Source of the DNA: an uncultured virus (IMG/VR IMGVR_UViG_3300043435_001124)
Taxonomy: Duplodnaviria; Heunggongvirae; Uroviricota; Caudoviricetes
Length of the DNA stretch: 20,000 bases
Virus record (IMG/VR): IMGVR_UViG_3300043435_001124
Direction: 5' to 3' (one strand)
Below, piece by piece: positions 15,327 through 20,000 of this stretch. Below the pieces are notes generated by a model, which did not search any database, was not told where the DNA came from, and saw nothing but the letters and a program-made list of their open reading frames with translations. Every line of letters starts with the position of its first letter. Within the stretch, counting starts at the first letter, position 1. A program made the position numbers and the translations under genes.

Positions 15327-15506
15327 ATGGTTCATATGGATCTTGAGAGTTATTTTAAATTGAATTTCTCATTGATGCAGTATCATAAATATTCATTAAC
15401 AGAGATTGAAAATTTGATACCTTGGGAAAGAGATGTTTATGTGGAACTTCTCAAGCAACATATAGAGGAAGAAGAGTCCAAACAGAAACTACAAGGTAAT
15501 GGATAG
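15327..15506 (+). CDS. gp51: Short baseplate hub assembly catalyst gp51-like ORF (59 aa)
   Basis: Manual translation MVHMDLESYFKLNFSLMQYHKYSLTEIENLIPWERDVYVELLKQHIEEEESKQKLQGNG. YSLTEIENLIPWER motif. Missed by the ORF track. Confidence 0.88.
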   Translation: MVHMDLESYFKLNFSLMQYHKYSLTEIENLIPWERDVYVELLKQHIEEEESKQKLQGNG

Positions 15507-18327
15507 TAATCCAGGAAAAACTTCTACAGAAAATATTAACGAAGTAATTCTTAGATTGCTGAGGTTAAAATCTGGAACGGAACTGGATTATCAGACTTAT
15601 GCTAAAAAAATAAAAATTAAATTAGCATCTTCAAGAATGGTGGGAGCATTTATTCCTGCCGAAGAAGATATATTATTAAGAGAAGAGTTTAAGAGAGTTA
15701 GAAATAAAGAAGGTAGATTTGTAATATTAACGAGTAAAAAAACAAAAGTATCTTCACCTCCACCACCTTCAGGATCTAGTGGAGGTGGTGGATCTCCTCC
15801 AAAAACAGGATCAATTGTAAAAGCAAAATCCGGAAAAATAACTGCAGATAATTATTATTATCAAAATTATGTTGAACCAGTAAATGTAAAAGATGTAACT
15901 AAAAATGTTGCAAAAGTTTCTAAACAAACAGATCCATTAATAAGAATAAGTGACATTCTTGATTCAATATTAGAAACTTTAACTAATATTAATAATTTTG
16001 ATAGAGAACAAGCAACCAGACAGAGAACAGATGCTGAAAATAGAAGAAGAGGTCAAAGAGAAACTGATTTAGAATCAAAACCATTTGAGGGAATTAAAAA
16101 AGCATTATCTGCAATTACAAAACCATTCCAATCAATATGGGATAAAATTGTTAATTTTATTACTAATGTTATTCTTGGTAGAATAGTAATTAAGTTACTT
16201 GAATGGTTTGGTGATCCTAAAAATCAAGAAAAAATACAAAGTATTATAAGATTCTTAGGAGATCACTGGCCCACTCTCTTAGCATTATACTTAAGATTTG
16301 GAACTGGTATTGGTAGATTTGTTGGGAAATTAACTAGATCATTAGTAAAGGGATCATTTAAACTTGTTAAACTTGTTGCTGGACTTGCTGCAAAATTAGG
16401 ATTAAAACGAGCAGGAAAAATAGCATCATTTCTTGGTGGACCAAGAGGAAAAGCAATAGCAACTGGTGTTGGAATTGCTGCTGATGTTGCTGTTACTGCT
16501 GGAACTGCATTTGGTGCAAGTAAACTATTTGGTGGAGAAGATAAGAAGCAAGAACCTGTTGCTCCAGAACCAGTTCAACAATTCTCTGGTGGTGGTAGTG
16601 TAAAAATACCGAAGTTTGCTGGTGGGGGGTTTGCAAACTTTGGTAATATGTTTAAGGGAGCAGGAATGGGTTCAATGTTTGGACCTATGGGAATGCTTGC
16701 TGGTGCTGCATTGGGATCTGGTAAACCTCAAGAAATGTTTAGTGGTCTTGTTAAAGGCCCAGGTGGACCAAAAGATGATAAGATTCCTGCAAATCTTAGT
16801 AATGGTGAATTTGTTATGTCTGCCGGTGCCGTTAAGAAGTATGGTGTAGGTACTTTAGAATCAATGAATGCTGCTGGAGGTGGTACTAATATTCCAAAAA
16901 TTGCAAATGGTATTGTTCATGCTGCTGGTGGTGGTTATGTTGGGATGGATGTTGAAAAAGGACATAAATTATGGATAGAATACCTTAATAACAATCCAGA
17001 TGCAACTTCTCGTGGAGGAAAACTTTATGATCGCATAGATCCCAAGACAAGAGAACCTATTAGTGATAATTATAAAAAATATCATAGACAATTTATGCGG
17101 GAGTATATGAAAAATGGAAAACCCCCAGAATGGGCGAATATTAAATCAAAAACTACTAGAGTGAGTTCTCCATCTCCAGGATCCACACAGACACCACCAA
17201 CATCTTCTAGACCACCTTCATCAACTTCAAGTGCAAGACCTCAACCTGGTGTGGGACTTTCTACAAATGCAAAACCACCAGTTCAAAAAATTAACACAAA
17301 TATGAACGTCCCTGGTGGTCGTATTCGTGGAGGTTCTCTTTCTGCGATAATGATGGCCCTTGAAATGAAGCAAAGAAAAGATGAGGGGCAAACAAATGTT
17401 CAAGCAGGATTAGGAGCAGGAGGTTCTGCCTTGGGTGGTCAACTTGGTTGGATGGCAGGAGCAAAAGCAGGTGCAGTTGCTGGAGCAGCACTTGGAACTA
17501 TTGTTCCGGGAGTGGGAAATGGTGTCGGTGCTGCTGTTGGTGCAATCGTGGGTGGTCTTGCTGCTGGTTATGGTGGAGCAATGTTGGGAGGAAAACTTGC
17601 TGATAATATTTCTGGAGTAAATGCGGTAAAGGAAAGAAATAGTCGTGGTGGAATTGGTGGTTCAGTTGTTGGTGGATATGGATTAAAGAAGCAGGAATTT
17701 AAAGATGCTCCTAAAACATCAATAATAACTGATGATAAGGGAAGACCTTCTATTGGACATAAAGCATTAAGAAATGGAAAATTACATTATGTGAGGGGTC
17801 CTCAACCAGGAACTGGTACTAAAAATCCATTAGAAATGCTTGGTAGATTTATTAATCCAAGTGCTTATAAGGAAAATGATGCAAAACTTGAGAGACAAAA
17901 GCATAAAGAAGCAATGGTAAATGCATTAGAGGGTTATCAAGCACAAAACATGGCCCCTGACGCTCAAGCAAGAATGATGAAACAAATGGGTGGAAATCTA
18001 AAAGATGTTCAAAATGATTTGAATTATAGAAACAAACCTAAACCCAAACCTAATTTAACTAGAAGACAAGAAGATATTGCAAAATATAAGGCATCAATGG
18101 GACCAAAATATTCTGCTGCAAATATATCTTCATCGCAACGACGAAGAACACCAAATATAACACCTTTACCAAGACCAAAACCAAAACCAATAGTTGCTGG
18201 TGGTGGAAGTGGTGGAAGAAGGGGAGGTGGATCAAGACCATCATCAGGTTCAAGAGTACCGTCTCATAGTGCAACACATAGTAGGGGAACTTCTCTTTCA
18301 GCAACTTCATTGGGGATTTGGGTATAA
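15499..18327 (+). CDS. Large tape-measure-like / baseplate-hub-associated virion protein (942 aa)
   Basis: Coiled coil, amphipathic helices, glycine zipper, and the GPGGPKDDKIPANLSNGEFVMSAGAVKKYG motif common in tape-measure proteins. Follows gp26/gp51. Confidence 0.7.
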   Translation: MDSNPGKTSTENINEVILRLLRLKSGTELDYQTYAKKIKIKLASSRMVGAFIPAEEDILLREEFKRVRNKEGRFVILTSKKTKVSSPPPPSGSSGGGGSPPKTGSIVKAKSGKITADNYYYQNYVEPVNVKDVTKNVAKVSKQTDPLIRISDILDSILETLTNINNFDREQATRQRTDAENRRRGQRETDLESKPFEGIKKALSAITKPFQSIWDKIVNFITNVILGRIVIKLLEWFGDPKNQEKIQSIIRFLGDHWPTLLALYLRFGTGIGRFVGKLTRSLVKGSFKLVKLVAGLAAKLGLKRAGKIASFLGGPRGKAIATGVGIAADVAVTAGTAFGASKLFGGEDKKQEPVAPEPVQQFSGGGSVKIPKFAGGGFANFGNMFKGAGMGSMFGPMGMLAGAALGSGKPQEMFSGLVKGPGGPKDDKIPANLSNGEFVMSAGAVKKYGVGTLESMNAAGGGTNIPKIANGIVHAAGGGYVGMDVEKGHKLWIEYLNNNPDATSRGGKLYDRIDPKTREPISDNYKKYHRQFMREYMKNGKPPEWANIKSKTTRVSSPSPGSTQTPPTSSRPPSSTSSARPQPGVGLSTNAKPPVQKINTNMNVPGGRIRGGSLSAIMMALEMKQRKDEGQTNVQAGLGAGGSALGGQLGWMAGAKAGAVAGAALGTIVPGVGNGVGAAVGAIVGGLAAGYGGAMLGGKLADNISGVNAVKERNSRGGIGGSVVGGYGLKKQEFKDAPKTSIITDDKGRPSIGHKALRNGKLHYVRGPQPGTGTKNPLEMLGRFINPSAYKENDAKLERQKHKEAMVNALEGYQAQNMAPDAQARMMKQMGGNLKDVQNDLNYRNKPKPKPNLTRRQEDIAKYKASMGPKYSAANISSSQRRRTPNITPLPRPKPKPIVAGGGSGGRRGGGSRPSSGSRVPSHSATHSRGTSLSATSLGIWV

Positions 18328-18333
18328 TAAGAA

Positions 18334-20000
18334 ATGGCAAACCTAGTACCGCACTCAAAATCATCTATAATTAAACCAAAACAATCTGCAATCATCAAAG
18401 CAGATAAGTTTTTAAATGCGAAGACAAAATCAACAAAAGTAAATGAAAATTCAGTTAAACCAAAACAATCTGCAATCATCAAAGCAGATAAGTTTTTAAA
18501 TGTAAATCCAAAATCAACAAAAGTAAACGAAAATTCAGTTAAACCAAAACAATCTGAAAATTCTTCTGAAGATATTATTTTACAAATAGAAAAAAAAGTT
18601 ATAAAGATTGATAAACTTTTAAAGGATTCTTTTGCTCTTAAAAAGAAGCAACAAAAAAAATCAACAATCAAAGAAGAACAAAAAGAATTTGAAAATAGAG
18701 AAAAAGAATTAGAAAAGAAAAAACCAAAGAAAGAACCAGGAATAAATTTACCAACTCTCCCTAAAATGGGATTTATAGATTGGATTAAGAACTTTGTTTT
18801 TAATACTATCTTGGGATTTCTTGCTGTTCGCTTAATAAAGTTCTTACCTACACTATTAAAAATCTACCCAGTTATTATAGGTGCTGGCGAATTTTTAATT
18901 AATGTTGGTGGCAACTTACTGAATAGTTTAGTATCTTTTGTTGATTGGGGATACAAGGCAGTTGATGCAACTAGTGGATTTATAAAAAGTATTGGTGGTG
19001 AGGGATTATCAAAGGTTTTTGATAATTTTACGGGTGCAGTTGATAATGTACTTGAATTTGCCGTGATGGCCGCTCTCTTATCTTCGGGTGGTGATGATGA
19101 GAGTGGTGGTCTTGGTGGTAAAGGTGGAAAACGAGGATATGATTCTCAAGGAAGAAGAGTTGGTAAGAATGTACAACAAAGATATGAAAGAAGATTTGGA
19201 AAAGATAAATTTGTAGATAGATTTGGTACAAAAAATTTAAAAAATGTAGCACAAGGTGCTAGAAGAGGAGCATTTCAGCAAGGTACTCGTAATGCTTTTG
19301 TTGGTCTTGCTGGTAAAGGTGGAGCAAAATCTATTCTTAAATTTGTAAGACCGTTAACTAATAAATTACCTATTATTGGTGGATTATTAAATTTTGGACT
19401 TTCTGTTGCATTAGGTGAAGATCCTGGTAGAGCTGCTTTTAAGGCAATTGGTTCTACTCTTGTAGGTGCTCTAGGTGCCGCAATTGGTTCTCTTGCCTTT
19501 GGTGTTGGTGGTATTATTGGTGGTATTATTGGTGGTATTGGTGGTGATGCATTAGGTGGTGCTCTTTATGATATGTTTTTTAAGGGAAAAAAACCAACTC
19601 AAAAACAAGGAAAGACAAATAAACTTGCGGGAGGAGGATCACCAATACCTCCTACAAGAGGAGGAAAATCTTCTAGTTCAACTCCAAAGAGAACATTAAA
19701 GAAAAAGAAATCAACAAGAACCTTAACATTTACTCCCAGAAAGATACATCCGGGAAGAAGTTCTGGTGGTGAAGCAAAAGTTCAATCAGTATTTCCAAAT
19801 CCAGAAAAGAAGGCATGGTGGGATCCTCTTGGAGTTTTTACTGGTAAAAAACAAGAACAACAACCTCAACAGAAAAAACCAAAAGGAAAGACTGCAAATC
19901 CTCAAGAGTTTTTGATAAAGAGTAATGATATTTTTGGAAGAGCAAAAGGAACTGCTGGTAAAATGATCAGCGGGTTTTCTACTTACATTATCAAATCATT
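18334..20000 (+). CDS. Second large tape-measure-like protein, 3'-truncated by the window edge (>555 aa)
   Basis: ATG 18334 (MANLVPHSK...) with frame 1 open to the window end. Coiled coil, IDWIKNFVFNTILGFLAVRL helix, LPIIGGLL...GAAIGS...GGIIGGIIGGIGG glycine zipper. Absent from the ORF track because it has no stop. Confidence 0.75.
   Translation, partial: MANLVPHSKSSIIKPKQSAIIKADKFLNAKTKSTKVNENSVKPKQSAIIKADKFLNVNPKSTKVNENSVKPKQSENSSEDIILQIEKKVIKIDKLLKDSFALKKKQQKKSTIKEEQKEFENREKELEKKKPKKEPGINLPTLPKMGFIDWIKNFVFNTILGFLAVRLIKFLPTLLKIYPVIIGAGEFLINVGGNLLNSLVSFVDWGYKAVDATSGFIKSIGGEGLSKVFDNFTGAVDNVLEFAVMAALLSSGGDDESGGLGGKGGKRGYDSQGRRVGKNVQQRYERRFGKDKFVDRFGTKNLKNVAQGARRGAFQQGTRNAFVGLAGKGGAKSILKFVRPLTNKLPIIGGLLNFGLSVALGEDPGRAAFKAIGSTLVGALGAAIGSLAFGVGGIIGGIIGGIGGDALGGALYDMFFKGKKPTQKQGKTNKLAGGGSPIPPTRGGKSSSSTPKRTLKKKKSTRTLTFTPRKIHPGRSSGGEAKVQSVFPNPEKKAWWDPLGVFTGKKQEQQPQQKKPKGKTANPQEFLIKSNDIFGRAKGTAGKMISGFSTYIIKS
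18371..18556 (+). repeat. In-frame 84-bp tandem repeat, about 2.2 copies (28 aa unit KPKQSAIIKADKFLNxxxKSTKVNENSV)
   Basis: Units start at 18371, 18455 and 18539 with TTAAACCAAAACAATCTG and differ at only a few positions. Confidence 0.95.

Noticed and set aside
15385..15391. ATAAATA inside gp51 as a late promoter for the 942-aa gene
   Set aside because: Explained by the His-Lys-Tyr codons in an AT-rich genome. It cannot be supported without TSS data.
18371..18556. 84-bp repeat as a CRISPR array
   Set aside because: Units are contiguous near-identical copies without unique spacers and are in frame within a CDS.
1..20000. Introns, inteins, tRNAs or stop-codon reassignment
   Set aside because: Core genes are uninterrupted and of plausible length, TAA/TAG/TGA all act as stops, and no cloverleaf or intein termini were seen.

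Overview
AT-rich segment of a T4-like myovirus genome, most likely a cyanophage, judged from gene content, gene order and a cyanobacterial-type small protein. The left half (+ strand) holds the end of a virion-type gene, many small conserved ORFs, an HNH nuclease, glutaredoxin, speD, thyX, phoH, a PD-(D/E)XK exonuclease, gp33, gp59, a DUF1825-like gene and gp32. It is driven by four well-formed sigma70-type promoters and several TAAATA late-promoter boxes. The right half is a tail/baseplate module: gp53, gp48, gp4 and a nuclease-less NUMOD3-type gene on the - strand, then a tail-tube-like gene, gp26, a short 'gp51' ORF and two large tape-measure-like genes on the + strand. The most interesting signal is a T_TTT_TTC slippery heptamer with an upstream SD-like GAGGG at the end of gp26. 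Its -1 frame is open straight into the 'gp51' ORF. This suggests a lambda G/GT-style programmed -1 frameshift producing a gp26-gp51 fusion chaperone, located between the tube-like and tape-measure-like genes. No tRNA, rRNA or CRISPR array was seen. All family assignments are from motif recognition and synteny, not database searches.
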